Made by a program: the position numbers and the translations under genes
Assembly (NCBI GenBank): GCA_963782055.1
Contig: CAWAIF010000003.1
Location: 1,920,001 to 1,984,000 of the forward strand
DNA length: 64,000 bases
Direction: 5' to 3'
Origin: an uncultured delta proteobacterium
Lineage (GTDB): Bacteria; Myxococcota_A; Polyangia; Polyangiales; Polyangiaceae
Shown: in pieces, positions 38,401 through 48,113 of the stretch
Numbering within the stretch: the first letter of the stretch is position 1
Layout of the letters: the number at the start of each line of letters is the position of its first letter
Notes under the pieces: model-generated
What the model saw: only the letters and a program-made list of their open reading frames with translations
Told to the model about the DNA's origin: nothing
The model's database searches: none

Positions 38401-40470
38401 CGCGTGGCCGAGCAGGTTCAGGTCGGCGTCGCGGTCGATGAAGGCGCGCACCAGCGCCGCGTCCAGATCGCGCACGAAGGTGGGGTCCTCGCTGCCGTAG
38501 CGAAGCAGCATCGCGTCCGCCTCTGCGGGCGGATCGAGGGATGCGAGCAGCGCCAGGCACACCGCCGCGTCGGGCACCGGGCCGTCGGTGCGCCGCGACA
38601 GCGCGGCGGCGAGCCCCTTGCGCCCGCCGCGCGCGAAGGGCGCGACCTTGCTCGCCAGCTCCGCGCGCTTGCACGTGACGATGTCGCGCAGCGCCATGTC
38701 GTCGGGCATGCGCGCCGCCGGCTCCGGCGCCGGCTCCAGCGCCACGCGCGCGCGCGCCCACTCGGCGACCGCGGGGTGCGCGTGTTCGACCAGCCGGTGC
38801 GCCAGGGCCGCCTCCGGCCCGTACGGGAAGGACGGGCTGCCGTCGATGGCGCCGAGCAGGGCGAGCAGGTTGGGCGCCTTCGCCACCGTCTCCGCGAAGA
38901 GCTCGGCGGGCATCGAGCGCGCGGTCACGTGGAGAATACATAGACCCAGGTCCAGCGTGTCTCCCTCCTCCTCGCCGTGCGGGGCGCGCCACCGCACCAG
39001 GAAGGAGCCGAGCTCCGCGCCCAGCGCGTCGGCGGCGATCTCGGCGATGCGGGTGGCCCGCGGGGCCGGCAGGCGCGCGTTGACCATGGCGCCCAGCACC
39101 GCGCGCAGATCGTCGCGCGCCACCTGCCCGAGGAAGACGAGCTGGTGCACCGCCGCCTTCTCGGCGAAGACGCGCAGCACGGTGCGCCGCGAGGCGGGGA
39201 CCGTCATCGCGTTGACCAGCTTCAGCGCGCCGGTCACGTCCTTGTCGGGCAAGAGCAGCACCGGCGCCGACTCCGCGGGGCGCGCGTCGACGGCGCGGGC
39301 GAGGTTCTCGAGGCCGACCCACTCCTCCAGCCGCTCGTAAGGCTCCTTCTGGAGCATGCGCGCGAGGGGCGCGATGACGCGAAGGTCCGGCCCTCCGTCC
39401 GGGTGGAGGCAGAGCGCCGCGAACAGGTGCGGCTGCAGGTAGGCCGGGGACATCTGGAACAGCGGACCGCGCTCCATCCCGCGCCGCGCGGCTTCGCGGC
39501 GCACGTCGGCGCCGAGCCAGCCCCAGTGGATCATCGGCGGGAAGGCGCAGAAGATCAGGCCGAGCAGGGCCTCGGGGAAGCCGCCACGGACGCGGGCCAT
39601 GCGGATGAGGGAGACGAGCGCGCGCCGCGAGACCGGGGAGCGCGCCAGCGGCGCGTAGACCTCCGCGAGCTCCGCGGGCACGTCCCAGAAGAGGTCGAGC
39701 ACCCGGTCGACGTCGTCGCCGCTGGCCTCGAGGAGGCGCTCCTCCGGCGGGCCGGGGTAGCTGGAGGCGATGTACGGGTCGACGGCCGCGTCGGGTCGGG
39801 CGCGGGCGCCCTTCAGCCACTCCACGAGCTCCTTCGAGCGCGCGCGGAGCAGGGTGCGCGCCAGCGCCGGCGGGATCACCCCGTCGCGCGCGTAGTCGAG
39901 CAGCACGCCGACGGCGCCGGCGGGGCAGGGGGGCACGCCATCCTGCGCGCGGGCGAGGACGCGCGGTCGCAGCGCCTCGTCGGCGAGCAGGTAGAAGGTG
40001 AGCTCGGACGCCTTCTCCGCGGCGCCCCCTTCGACGGCCAGGGCGCGAACCGCGGGATCGGAGTGAAAGAGCGCGTGCACCCATCGTGTCGGCTGGCGCG
40101 TGGCGATGGATCGGAGCGCCTCGACCGCCGCGGTGCGACGCGCGTCGAGCGGCGTGGCGTCGTCCTCGCCGGCGGGCGGGCCGGAGCCGATGGCGCGGAC
40201 GACGGCGTCGACGCCCAGCCAGCCGTCGGCGTCGCCGAGGCATGCGAGGGCGCGCGCGTGCAGCGGGGCCGCCGCGGCATCGTCGAGCAGGTCCAGCAGG
40301 GGCCCGAAGAAGGGCACACGCTCGCGGGCGCCCAGCCTGGCGAGCGCCTCGAGCAGGTCCGGCAGGCGCGCGTCGTCGTAGGCGCGGGAGGAGAGCAGCC
40401 GGAAGCAGAGGAGATCGCGCACGACGGGGTGAGGATAGGTCAGGAGGGGCGCGCGCGTCCCACGCCCCAA
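35407..40470 (-). CDS. Large helical-repeat / HExxH / VWA domain protein (MoxR partner)
   Basis: HEAT-like DPAVRALA repeats; LILHELGHH...NLVADEHLE; MIDAS DCSGSM...GGGNND...SDGLP. Start uncertain. Confidence 0.85.
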   Translation of the reverse strand: MGRGTRAPLLTYPHPVVRDLLCFRLLSSRAYDDARLPDLLEALARLGARERVPFFGPLLDLLDDAAAAPLHARALACLGDADGWLGVDAVVRAIGSGPPAGEDDATPLDARRTAAVEALRSIATRQPTRWVHALFHSDPAVRALAVEGGAAEKASELTFYLLADEALRPRVLARAQDGVPPCPAGAVGVLLDYARDGVIPPALARTLLRARSKELVEWLKGARARPDAAVDPYIASSYPGPPEERLLEASGDDVDRVLDLFWDVPAELAEVYAPLARSPVSRRALVSLIRMARVRGGFPEALLGLIFCAFPPMIHWGWLGADVRREAARRGMERGPLFQMSPAYLQPHLFAALCLHPDGGPDLRVIAPLARMLQKEPYERLEEWVGLENLARAVDARPAESAPVLLLPDKDVTGALKLVNAMTVPASRRTVLRVFAEKAAVHQLVFLGQVARDDLRAVLGAMVNARLPAPRATRIAEIAADALGAELGSFLVRWRAPHGEEEGDTLDLGLCILHVTARSMPAELFAETVAKAPNLLALLGAIDGSPSFPYGPEAALAHRLVEHAHPAVAEWARARVALEPAPEPAARMPDDMALRDIVTCKRAELASKVAPFARGGRKGLAAALSRRTDGPVPDAAVCLALLASLDPPAEADAMLLRYGSEDPTFVRDLDAALVRAFIDRDADLNLLGHAALWRWERHGRALLEGAVALFGDLAGAVRGLRALRFGPVRADALAGLSDALAVLASRDRPRFDALAGAAAFEALLEGLGEPVGPQCAGALRVLARAMPAVAEPFEPRVRLMLPDLDAGTRERLSRWIDSVGLPARPPPRPPPREPDIGALARVRASTRVEEIAPYCRSEHLALVHEATLRLIELGVEGCAHLAAVIEAADAAPAVQPILDSVPLWDRCPALDRLRARSADTSAPRDVRFALSLAFAERGEAGALASAIERAREPSEARWFQPAHWDRLVALGVPPLELAIELAASEHPHAYLRAVPLLMAEGEGARSVAALRAFLDEGTGRMGSLRRSAAHHLHARGDFFAFSLVMQQELESSRASTLLAGAPRELVLTTTRSFLAAGNSLAKEGSLLGHLAPTSVDMVAKEEAYEMVLTCSASDPIRQRAANSVRYGLGRFHKLTRVAETFAWGVRTGMELVGKKYRVQMTGGQSLGHTRLRERRVFVTPLPILRGDKNGREIVEGLILHELGHHMYHRGKEADAAWNEAQQEGIHGLLNLVADEHLERNLRALDASYGDRLKRLAAYAFQHTDRDIEVQKLLAHLGAAAAVVLPISRLGVSRDPDSVVVESGPLLFAMERSGLAFSRFVRALRMGLGNRHDDPLVAEALELFDGRFRHKTMPELLEVAHQLRDLFGWEVHLVESFGPHESLEQSRSDEIIWGEGISQEEVDREVERVLDPRARDDREGPSVPGGKPWINIAPKNDFDRITYVERVPFDAAEYAAFARQVQRPARLMRQYLEQLGLSHVPQRMRLRGRRLDRTRVLPMILRGEPRVLVARETRVTTDLFLGIVIDCSGSMQSRDNIAKARLFGTLLAEAARGMRGVDLRVFGFTDKVIYDCGDASRCAAYALDAGGGNNDAAALYHVAGVAKASPRKAKLLVMISDGLPTECSVAALRELVVTLTRRFRMVCAQVAVQPLAEVCFPHYVVCDDDTIDKTVARFGRIVAQLVARTLSS

Positions 40471-40588
40471 TCAGGCGCGTCGCCGGCTCGCAACCACTGC
40501 TCGACCGCGAGCACGAGCGCGATCGCACGCCGCGGCCTCGAGTCTTGTCTAGCCGCGCACCTCCCCACCGCCTTCGCCGCACGTGGGA

Positions 40589-41854
40589 TCAGTTGCCGAC
40601 GAGGCCGTACCAGACGTTCTTCCGGTTGCCGAGGGTCGAGGTGATGATGAACGCGCCCACGCCGTTCGTCAGCTGCGACGCGGTGATCGAGAGCTGGAGC
40701 TTGTCGCCGTTCTTGCCGGTCGTCTTGTCCCACGAGAAGGTCATCTGAGCGGGGAGGTTCTTCTGGGTGATCGCGTCGACCGCGTCCACGGTCCACGGAC
40801 CGGAGGTCGGGGCGTCGCTGAAGAGATCGACCTCGACCGTCTTCGTCTGGCCGGCCGGGATGGTCACGCCCTTGCCAAGAGCCCCGCCGCTCTGGACGTC
40901 GTCGGTCAGGACCGGCATCGCGTTGAAGTAGGGTGTCCCGTCGTCCGGCTGGCACGGGTCGTGAGCCGCCTTCGCCGCGGCGTTCGACCAGGAACGCTGC
41001 ACCACGGTGCCGATGTCGGCCGGCGTGTAGAAGGAGTGGAGCTGGTCGGCGCACATGTCGCCGACCTCGGTCCCTCCGAGGACGTTCGCCCAGGCGGTGT
41101 GGGCGTCGTCCACCTGGCTGTACGAGGGAGGACTGAACGGGTCGGTCGCGGCCTCGATGATCTCGTGGGTCGTCGTCGCGAAGGTCTCCTCGAGCAGCGT
41201 CCGGCCGTCGGTGCTGTCGCAACGCCCGACGACGGCGTAGGCCACGCTGCTCGCCTGGAAGGTCGCGCTGCCGTGGTAGCCGTTGAAGACCTGGCAGATG
41301 GCGTCGCCACCCTGGGTGAGGGCCGTCGTCTTGGGGTAGAAGATGGTGTACAGGGTGTTCGCGTCGGGGGCGGGGAACGCGGCGTCCGTCCCGAGCTTGT
41401 TGGCGAGCCACGTCTGGACCTCGGCGTCGGTGATCGCCGCGGGGGCGTTCTCGGTCAGCTGCACCGGGGTGTCGACGGTGATCGCGCCGACGCCATACTC
41501 CGAGGAGATGGCCGGCCAGTACTTCGAGGCGGGGAGGTTGTTCAGGGCCGTCGTCACGTTGCCGGTGAACGAGGTGTCGTCGTCGGCGAAGTAGACGGGC
41601 ACCACCTTCGGCGCGGCGAGGATGGCCCCCCCCGCGTTGACCACCTGGGGAGCGTCCACCTGGAAGGCGGGATAGGCGGGGCCCGCCGCGTCAGGCCCGG
41701 CTTCGACAGGCGGAGTTGCGTCGGCGGCCGCGTCGCCGCCTGCGTCGCCGCCGGCGTCGCCACCCGCGTCGGGTTGATCACCGGAGCCGCTGCTGCACGC
41801 GGTGACGGCGAGGCCAAGCGAACAGATGACGGGCAAGAGGGCGAGTGTGCGCAT
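40589..41854 (-). CDS. Lipoprotein with HExxE motif (putative metallo-hydrolase, EXORDIUM/PHI-1-like)
   Basis: VTAC lipobox, DAGG repeats, GYH, TTHEIIEAATDP, EVGDMC. Confidence 0.72.
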   Translation of the reverse strand: MRTLALLPVICSLGLAVTACSSGSGDQPDAGGDAGGDAGGDAAADATPPVEAGPDAAGPAYPAFQVDAPQVVNAGGAILAAPKVVPVYFADDDTSFTGNVTTALNNLPASKYWPAISSEYGVGAITVDTPVQLTENAPAAITDAEVQTWLANKLGTDAAFPAPDANTLYTIFYPKTTALTQGGDAICQVFNGYHGSATFQASSVAYAVVGRCDSTDGRTLLEETFATTTHEIIEAATDPFSPPSYSQVDDAHTAWANVLGGTEVGDMCADQLHSFYTPADIGTVVQRSWSNAAAKAAHDPCQPDDGTPYFNAMPVLTDDVQSGGALGKGVTIPAGQTKTVEVDLFSDAPTSGPWTVDAVDAITQKNLPAQMTFSWDKTTGKNGDKLQLSITASQLTNGVGAFIITSTLGNRKNVWYGLVGN

Positions 41855-41944
41855 GGAAGGAGCTCTCCGGGGACAAGACAAACCAACGCGCACCGTACCG
41901 CGGCGCCCTCGAGCGACGCAACGGCAGCCACGGATCGACGGCGG

Positions 41945-42325
41945 TTACTCGTCGCTGACGCGCATGGACTGGATCACGTGCGCGTCGGCGGTGCGCTCGT
42001 GGTTGTCGAACCAGTTCTCCAGCAGATCGATGAACATCCCCATCAGCTCGGTCTCGCGCCTGCGGCACTCCTCGCGGAGCACCCGGAGGCGCCGCAGGAA
42101 GGTGGTGTGGGCGCCGCGGTGCTCCTCGAGCTGCGTGTACCCTGCTTTTGCCATCTCCTCCTCTTCGTGCTCGAAGTGGAGGCGCACGTCCTCGAGCAGC
42201 TCGTCGACGCGCTGCGCGAGATCTTCCCAGGTCGCCCCGGTGGCGTGGGCTCGCCCGAGCGCGCTGATGTGGCTCCGGATGTGGCCGTGCTGGGCGAGGA
42301 TCCCGCGGGGTAGGTGTGGTCGCAT
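41945..42325 (-). CDS. Bacteriohemerythrin
   Basis: QH...HFEHEE..M...Y..LEEHRGAH...WFDNHERTAD di-iron ligand pattern. Confidence 0.88.
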   Translation of the reverse strand: MRPHLPRGILAQHGHIRSHISALGRAHATGATWEDLAQRVDELLEDVRLHFEHEEEEMAKAGYTQLEEHRGAHTTFLRRLRVLREECRRRETELMGMFIDLLENWFDNHERTADAHVIQSMRVSDE

Positions 42326-42328
42326 CTC

Positions 42329-43012
42329 TCAGGGCTTGCCGTCGGCCGGTTGCACCTCGAAGTCTTCCGTGACCTCGCCGCCGGCGCTCACCGTCACGGG
42401 CTCGGTGACCGTCGGCGCGCGCGGGACCCACGCCGTCGCCTTGTAGGTGCCGGGCGGCACGCCTTCGATGACGTACTTGCCGTCCGGGCCGATCTTGCCG
42501 AAGTAGGTGGACGGGATGACGAGCAGGTAGCCGAGCATCTCCGGGTGGATGTTGCACAGGAGCGCGACCGGGCCCGGTGTGTCGAAGGTCCTCGCGACAG
42601 GTTCCCCCTTCTTGAGGAAGCCGGTGTCCCAGCCCTTGACGTCCGGCGAGAAGACGTGATGCGGGACCGGATCGGTGTTCTCGAAGGTCGCCCTGCCGCC
42701 CGCCGTGAGCACCGCGATGAAGGGGGTGAACTCCTTGTGGTGGATGGCGATGTCCGCGGCCATCAGCTTCCCGGGCTGTCTGGGCGCGTCGTCGATGTAG
42801 ACGACGCCGCCGAGCGGAGCGGGCTTGTGAGTGGTCGAGAGCAGGACGGTGCCGACGATGCTCGGGTTGGCCGGTGCGGGGGCGGGAGCCGTCGGCGGCG
42901 CAGCACCGGAGACGGGCGCGGACGGCGCCGGGGCGCCGTTGCAGCCCGCGGCGGCGAGAACGACGGAGGTGAACATCGCGAGCCGCGGGGCCTTCAATGG
43001 GTTGGAGATCAT
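42329..43012 (-). CDS. Cupredoxin-like lipoprotein with C-terminal carboxypeptidase-regulatory-like beta sandwich
   Basis: AAGC lipobox; HHVFS and CNIHPEM type-1 copper ligands; GKYVIEGVPPGTY. Confidence 0.82.
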   Translation of the reverse strand: MISNPLKAPRLAMFTSVVLAAAGCNGAPAPSAPVSGAAPPTAPAPAPANPSIVGTVLLSTTHKPAPLGGVVYIDDAPRQPGKLMAADIAIHHKEFTPFIAVLTAGGRATFENTDPVPHHVFSPDVKGWDTGFLKKGEPVARTFDTPGPVALLCNIHPEMLGYLLVIPSTYFGKIGPDGKYVIEGVPPGTYKATAWVPRAPTVTEPVTVSAGGEVTEDFEVQPADGKP

Positions 43013-43278
43013 CTCGGGCGAGCGCTCGCAACAGTCGAGCCAGGTCTCGCGCGCGGCCCCACGCCGTACAGAGGCACCTTCCCCGTGGAGACCTGGTGCA
43101 CGCTTCGCGTCTCCATGCAGATCGTGCGCAGTCCTGCGTCGCCGGAACAGCGCGCTTGGGACAGCCTGACCCGCACGCGCGCTCGTCGTCCGGCACTCCT
43201 CCGACGGCGGAGGCCATTGCGATGCGGATGCCGCGCCACACCCCCGCCAGCCACGGCGCGGCCCGATCGCCGCGCGTA

Positions 43279-45057
43279 TCACACGACGGGGCGTGGAGCG
43301 GCGTCCTCGGTGGACGCGCGCAGCATCGACCCCCATGGGCTCCGCGCGAGGAGCGCGTCGGCGCGTGCGCGCTGCGCGAGGGAGAGCCCACCGTCGATGG
43401 CCGACGCGAACGCGTTCGCCAGCTCCGTCGCCGTCTCGAAGCGCTCGCGTGGCGCCTTGGCGAGCCCGATCGCGAGCACCCGGTCGACGTCGGCGGGCAT
43501 GGCCGCCAGCTTGGAGGGCTGGTTCGGGACGCGATAGACGACGTCGTAGAGCATGGGGGCGATGTCCTTGCCGCCAATCGCCGGGAAGCCCGTGACGGCG
43601 CGGTAGAGGATCGCCGCCAGCGCGTAGACGTCGGCGCGATGGTCCACCTCCGCGGCGCGCGCCTGCTCGGGCGCCATGTACGCCGGCGTCCCGATGATGT
43701 TACCCGCCGTGAGCGAGCCCGAGCCGTCGCCGACCTTGCTGACGCCGAAGTCGAGCAGCTTCCACACGCGGCCGCCCGGTGTCGGCCGTTCGGCGCAGAA
43801 GACGTTGTTCGGCTTGAGGTCCCGGTGGACGATGCCCTGCTTGCGCGCCGCCTCCAGCCCTGCGGCGACCTGCTCGGCGATCGCCCTGGCCTCGGGGAGG
43901 CCCAGCCGCCTCTTGGTGCGAAGCTCGTGGGCGAGATCGTGACCGCGCAGCCGCTCCATCGCGATGTACGGGAGGCCCCCGCTGGTGGCCCCCGCGTCGA
44001 AGACCCGCACCACGTTCGGGCAGTCGATGCGGGCCGTGGCGTCGGCCTCGCGCTGGAAGCGCTGCAGGTGCATCGGGTCGTCGTGGACGCCGGCTCGCAG
44101 CAGCTTGACCGCGGCGTCGCGGCGGATCGACACGTGCGCGGCCTCGTACACCTCGCCCATCGCCCCGCGCCCGATGAGCGCCCCGAGACGGTACGAGCCG
44201 ACGATCTGGTCGCTGAACTTGCCAGGCCCGCCGACCTCGCGCACGCGATCGAGCTCGGCGCGCGCCTCGGCGAGCAGCGCCTCCCGCTGCGCCACCCCGC
44301 GCACGGCCTGCTCGAGCTTGGAGACCGCGCGCAGCGTGGCTTGCTGGCTCAGGCGCGCCGTCACGAACGCGACGAGGTACAAAAACTCGACGATGACGAG
44401 GAGCGCGACGCCGTCGAGTACGCTGAGCGAGGTCATGCGTACGAGCCCGCGATCCGGGATGACGTGCGCGAGGATCCCGACGCCGAGCAGCCCGTGCGCC
44501 ACCGCCACGACGACGTAGTTGACGGTGGTGATGAGGGAGTCGGCGCCGAGGCTGAAGAAGTAGATGCCGAAGACGAGCAGGCCGCTCACCGGCGAGACCG
44601 TCCCCCAGTAGTAGATGCCCGCGATCGCGCCGAACAGGACCGGCAGCCCGGGGAGGACGATGCGTCGCTGGTCGTAGCGCGCCGGCTTCAGGGCGAAGAC
44701 GAGGATGTAGATGGCGCCCAGCGCCGAGGCGACCGACCCGGCGACGACGACGGCCTTCGCGATGGGATCGCCCTTCGAGCTCAGCGCAACGACGATGCCT
44801 CCGAGCGTCAGCGCGAGGGCCACGCGGAAGAAGACGCGCGAGCGGTCCATCTCCTCGAGGCGCATGGTCTCGATCGGTGAGGTGACGGTCGCGTGCGACG
44901 CGCTCGCGGGCGCCGGCGTCATCGACGGGGGCGCGTCCGCGATCGTGGAATCGGCGCGCTCCTCGACGCGCGCAGCGTCGCCGTGAAGATGGACGGTGGG
45001 GCCTTCGGTGTCGTCCACGCGGGGCGCATTCGAGCGCACTTTCGCGCGGAACTCCAT
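43279..45057 (-). CDS. Membrane-bound Ser/Thr protein kinase
   Basis: About 6 N-terminal TMs, coiled coil, IGRGAMGEVY, AVK, HRDLKPNN, DFG, MAPE. Start uncertain. Confidence 0.9.
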   Translation of the reverse strand: MEFRAKVRSNAPRVDDTEGPTVHLHGDAARVEERADSTIADAPPSMTPAPASASHATVTSPIETMRLEEMDRSRVFFRVALALTLGGIVVALSSKGDPIAKAVVVAGSVASALGAIYILVFALKPARYDQRRIVLPGLPVLFGAIAGIYYWGTVSPVSGLLVFGIYFFSLGADSLITTVNYVVVAVAHGLLGVGILAHVIPDRGLVRMTSLSVLDGVALLVIVEFLYLVAFVTARLSQQATLRAVSKLEQAVRGVAQREALLAEARAELDRVREVGGPGKFSDQIVGSYRLGALIGRGAMGEVYEAAHVSIRRDAAVKLLRAGVHDDPMHLQRFQREADATARIDCPNVVRVFDAGATSGGLPYIAMERLRGHDLAHELRTKRRLGLPEARAIAEQVAAGLEAARKQGIVHRDLKPNNVFCAERPTPGGRVWKLLDFGVSKVGDGSGSLTAGNIIGTPAYMAPEQARAAEVDHRADVYALAAILYRAVTGFPAIGGKDIAPMLYDVVYRVPNQPSKLAAMPADVDRVLAIGLAKAPRERFETATELANAFASAIDGGLSLAQRARADALLARSPWGSMLRASTEDAAPRPVV

Positions 45058-45686
45058 CACCGCTTGGTCGACGGCTGGGCGGGCAGCTCGCGGCGGCGCG
45101 ACAGACAGAGCCATCCGCGGGGCGCCTCGTCGTCGAGGTTCACGCCGAAGGGCACCCCCCGGAGCGTCACCACCTCGAGTGCCGGCTCGACGGCGGCGGC
45201 GATGTCGCGGACCGAACGACGGGGCGGGCCCACGTCGCGCGGGGCGCCCTCGGTGCTGCCGACGAGGCTGAGCCAGAGGCCGGCGGGCGCGAGGAGCGCG
45301 GCGACGCGGCCCGCGAACCGCGCTCGCCGCTCGGCATCGTCGAAGACGTGGAAGCAGCCGCGGTCGAAGACGAAGTCGAAGGGCCCCGCAGGCGGATCGC
45401 CGCTCAAGAAGTCGACGACCTCCAGCCGGCACGGGCGGCCCGCGGCGGCGGCGCGGGCGCGCGCCTTCTGGATGGCGAGCGGCGAGAGGTCGACGCCCAG
45501 CACGTCGAAGCCTTGCTCGGCGAGCCACACCGCGTTCGTCCCTGTCCCGCAGCCGACCTCCAGCGCTCGCCCGGGCGGGACCGTGCCGGCGCGCACCATC
45601 TCCACCAGGTGGTCGTCCGGCCGCCCCGTATCCCACGGCGGCGGTTCGCCTTCGGCGTAGCGCGCGTTCCAGTCCGGTTGCGTCAT
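45057..45686 (-). CDS. Class I SAM-dependent methyltransferase (TPMT-like)
   Basis: WNARY..PPWD, LEVGCGTG, GVDLS, FDRGCFH. Confidence 0.9.
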   Translation of the reverse strand: MTQPDWNARYAEGEPPPWDTGRPDDHLVEMVRAGTVPPGRALEVGCGTGTNAVWLAEQGFDVLGVDLSPLAIQKARARAAAAGRPCRLEVVDFLSGDPPAGPFDFVFDRGCFHVFDDAERRARFAGRVAALLAPAGLWLSLVGSTEGAPRDVGPPRRSVRDIAAAVEPALEVVTLRGVPFGVNLDDEAPRGWLCLSRRRELPAQPSTKR

Positions 45687-45804
45687 GTCCATCCCGGTAC
45701 CCCGGGGGCGGGTGCTCGTCCAGCGTCGCCCTCGAAGCCAGCGCACCCGACGCCCACCAAAAGGCTGGGGTCGCTCGCGCCACCACGATAAAGGTGGTGG
45801 CGGA

Positions 45805-48045
45805 ATGACCGACGCCCAAGGTCTCGCGCCTCCCCCGCCCGGTCCCGAGCGCCACCTCGGCCTCGTCGGTGCCACCGGCGTCGGCATCGGCGCGATCGTG
45901 GGCGGCGGCATCCTGGCGCTGGCGGGTAGCGCTCTCGCGCTCACCGGGCCGAGCGCGATCCTGGCGTTCGGCCTGAACGGCGTCCTCGCGGTGATCACGG
46001 CGGTGAGCTTCGCGGAGATGTCGACGGCGTTCCCCGAGTCCGGCGGCACATACACCTTCGCCAAGAAGCTGTTCAGCGTGCGCACCGCCTTCGCCGTCGG
46101 CTGGATTGCCTGGTTCGCGTACATCGCGGCCGGCGTCCTCTACGCGCTCGGGGCCTCGACGTACGGCCTGTTGTTCGTGCGAAGCGTGCTCGCGCTGTTC
46201 GGCGTGCACCACGTGGCGTCGCTGTCCGGGCGGGGCGCCGCGATCGGCGTCGCGTGCCTCACCACCGCCTTCTACACCTGGCGCCAGATCCGCCGCGCCT
46301 CGGGCGGCGGCCAGTGGGAGACGTGGGGGAAGGTGGCGCTCTTCGCGCTGCTCATCGTGACGGGCGCCTTCGTGTACCTCGAGCAACCGGCCGGCGTGAC
46401 CATGCGCACGATGCGGCCGTTCTTCGCGCACGGCGCGTCGGGACTGCTCGGCGCCACGGGCGTGACGTTCATCGCGCTCCAGGGCTTCGACCTCATCGCG
46501 GCCGTCGGCGGCGAGGTGAAGGATCCGCGGCGCACGATTCCGAGGGCCATGCTGGGATCGCTCGGCGCCGCGCTGTGCATCTACATCCCGCTGCTGTTCA
46601 TCATCGTGACGATAGGCGCGCCCGCCGGCAAGACCATCGTCGAGCTCAGCCGCCACCAGCCGGACACGCTGATGGCGGCGGCCGTCGAGCAGTACCTCGG
46701 ACGAACCGGGTACTGGATCGTGCTCGTCGCCGCGATCCTGTCGATGGTGTCGGCGCTCAACGCCAACCTGCTGGCCGCCTCGCGCGTGGCGCTCACGATG
46801 GCCCAGGATCGAACGCTGCCGAGCGTCATCGGCCAGGTGCACGCGCGCAACAAGACGCCGGTGATGGCCGTCTACACGAGCGGTCTGGCGCTGGTGGCGA
46901 TCGTCCTGATGGTCCCGGACGTCGCATCGGCGGGCGCCGCCGCGAGCTTGATCTTCCTCATCTGCTTCGCGTTCGCGCACGCCATGGCGTTCGTGGCGCG
47001 CCGGCGCAACGCGCTGGGCGGGGGTTTCCGCGCGCCCTACTTCCCGCTGTTTCCGGTGGTCGGAGGCCTGGGCTGCGCCGGGCTCGCCGTGTACCAGGGC
47101 TTCGCGGTCCCGCAGTCCGGGGTGATCGCCCTCATCTGGCTCGGGCTCGGCGTGCTCCTTTATTTCGGGCTCTTCGCCAACCGCGCCCAGACCGTCGACG
47201 CGCTGGCCGAAGCCTACAATCCCACCTTGCTGCGGCTCCGCGGCAGGAGCCCGCTGGTGCTGGTACCCATCGCGAACCCGAGGAGCGCGCACGCTCTCAG
47301 CGAGATCGCTCACGCGCTCGCGCCGCCGGGGTACGGCCGCGTGCTCCTGCTGAACGTCGTCCCGCCGCTCGAGGCCGAGGGTGAGGACGCGCACGGCACG
47401 CTGCGCGCGCTGCAGGAGGTGCTCACGCCCGCGCTGCGCGGGGCGCTCGCGTCGGGCCAGGCGCCGGAGGCCCTGCTGACGATCGCGCCCGCGCCGTGGG
47501 ACGAGATCGCGCGCGTCGCCGGCGAGCACGCCTGCGAGAGCGTGCTGCTCGGCTACGGCGTGGCCGCCGGCGCGCCGTCGCGCGATCTCGAGCCGCTGCT
47601 CAATCGTCTCAGCTCCGACGTCGCCTTCCTGCGCGCGCCCGACGGCTGGCGGCCGGCCGACGTCGAGCGCATCGTGGTGCCGATCGGCGGGCGCGGCGGC
47701 CAGCACGAGCTGCGCGCGCGGCTGCTCGGCAGCCTGGCTCGCGACGCGCGGCGCAAGGTCGTCTACCTGAGCGTCGTGCGCCCCGACGCTTCACCGCGCG
47801 ACGTGAAGCTCGCCGAGCAGGTCGTCAAGCGCCTCGCGAGCGACGAGACCGGCGGTATCGCGACCTTCGAGCTCGTGCGCGGCACGGATCTCGGACAGGT
47901 GATGAGCCAGCAGGTGGGCCACAACGACTTGATGGTCCTCGGCCTCCAGCAGCTGCCCGGCGGGCGCAAGGTGTTCGGCAACGCCACGCAGAAGATCCTG
48001 AAGGCCACCTCCGCGCCCGCGATCATGATCAGTCGCGGGCGCTGA
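45805..48045 (+). CDS. APC-family permease with C-terminal tandem USP-like domains
   Basis: GAIVGGGI, SFAEM..AFPESGG, GFD..GGEVKDP; C-terminal VLVPIANP and IVVPIGG. Confidence 0.88.
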   Translation: MTDAQGLAPPPPGPERHLGLVGATGVGIGAIVGGGILALAGSALALTGPSAILAFGLNGVLAVITAVSFAEMSTAFPESGGTYTFAKKLFSVRTAFAVGWIAWFAYIAAGVLYALGASTYGLLFVRSVLALFGVHHVASLSGRGAAIGVACLTTAFYTWRQIRRASGGGQWETWGKVALFALLIVTGAFVYLEQPAGVTMRTMRPFFAHGASGLLGATGVTFIALQGFDLIAAVGGEVKDPRRTIPRAMLGSLGAALCIYIPLLFIIVTIGAPAGKTIVELSRHQPDTLMAAAVEQYLGRTGYWIVLVAAILSMVSALNANLLAASRVALTMAQDRTLPSVIGQVHARNKTPVMAVYTSGLALVAIVLMVPDVASAGAAASLIFLICFAFAHAMAFVARRRNALGGGFRAPYFPLFPVVGGLGCAGLAVYQGFAVPQSGVIALIWLGLGVLLYFGLFANRAQTVDALAEAYNPTLLRLRGRSPLVLVPIANPRSAHALSEIAHALAPPGYGRVLLLNVVPPLEAEGEDAHGTLRALQEVLTPALRGALASGQAPEALLTIAPAPWDEIARVAGEHACESVLLGYGVAAGAPSRDLEPLLNRLSSDVAFLRAPDGWRPADVERIVVPIGGRGGQHELRARLLGSLARDARRKVVYLSVVRPDASPRDVKLAEQVVKRLASDETGGIATFELVRGTDLGQVMSQQVGHNDLMVLGLQQLPGGRKVFGNATQKILKATSAPAIMISRGR

Positions 48046-48113
48046 GCGCGTCGCCGGAAAATTCTCGCCCCCGTTCGCAATCACCGGCGCTGATCCGGTA
48101 CGCTCGAGAGTTC

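Noticed and set aside
43279..47706. Apparent 1475-aa giant kinase
   Set aside because: Only the last ~590 aa are the kinase; upstream the frame overlaps the methyltransferase and the antisense APC permease.
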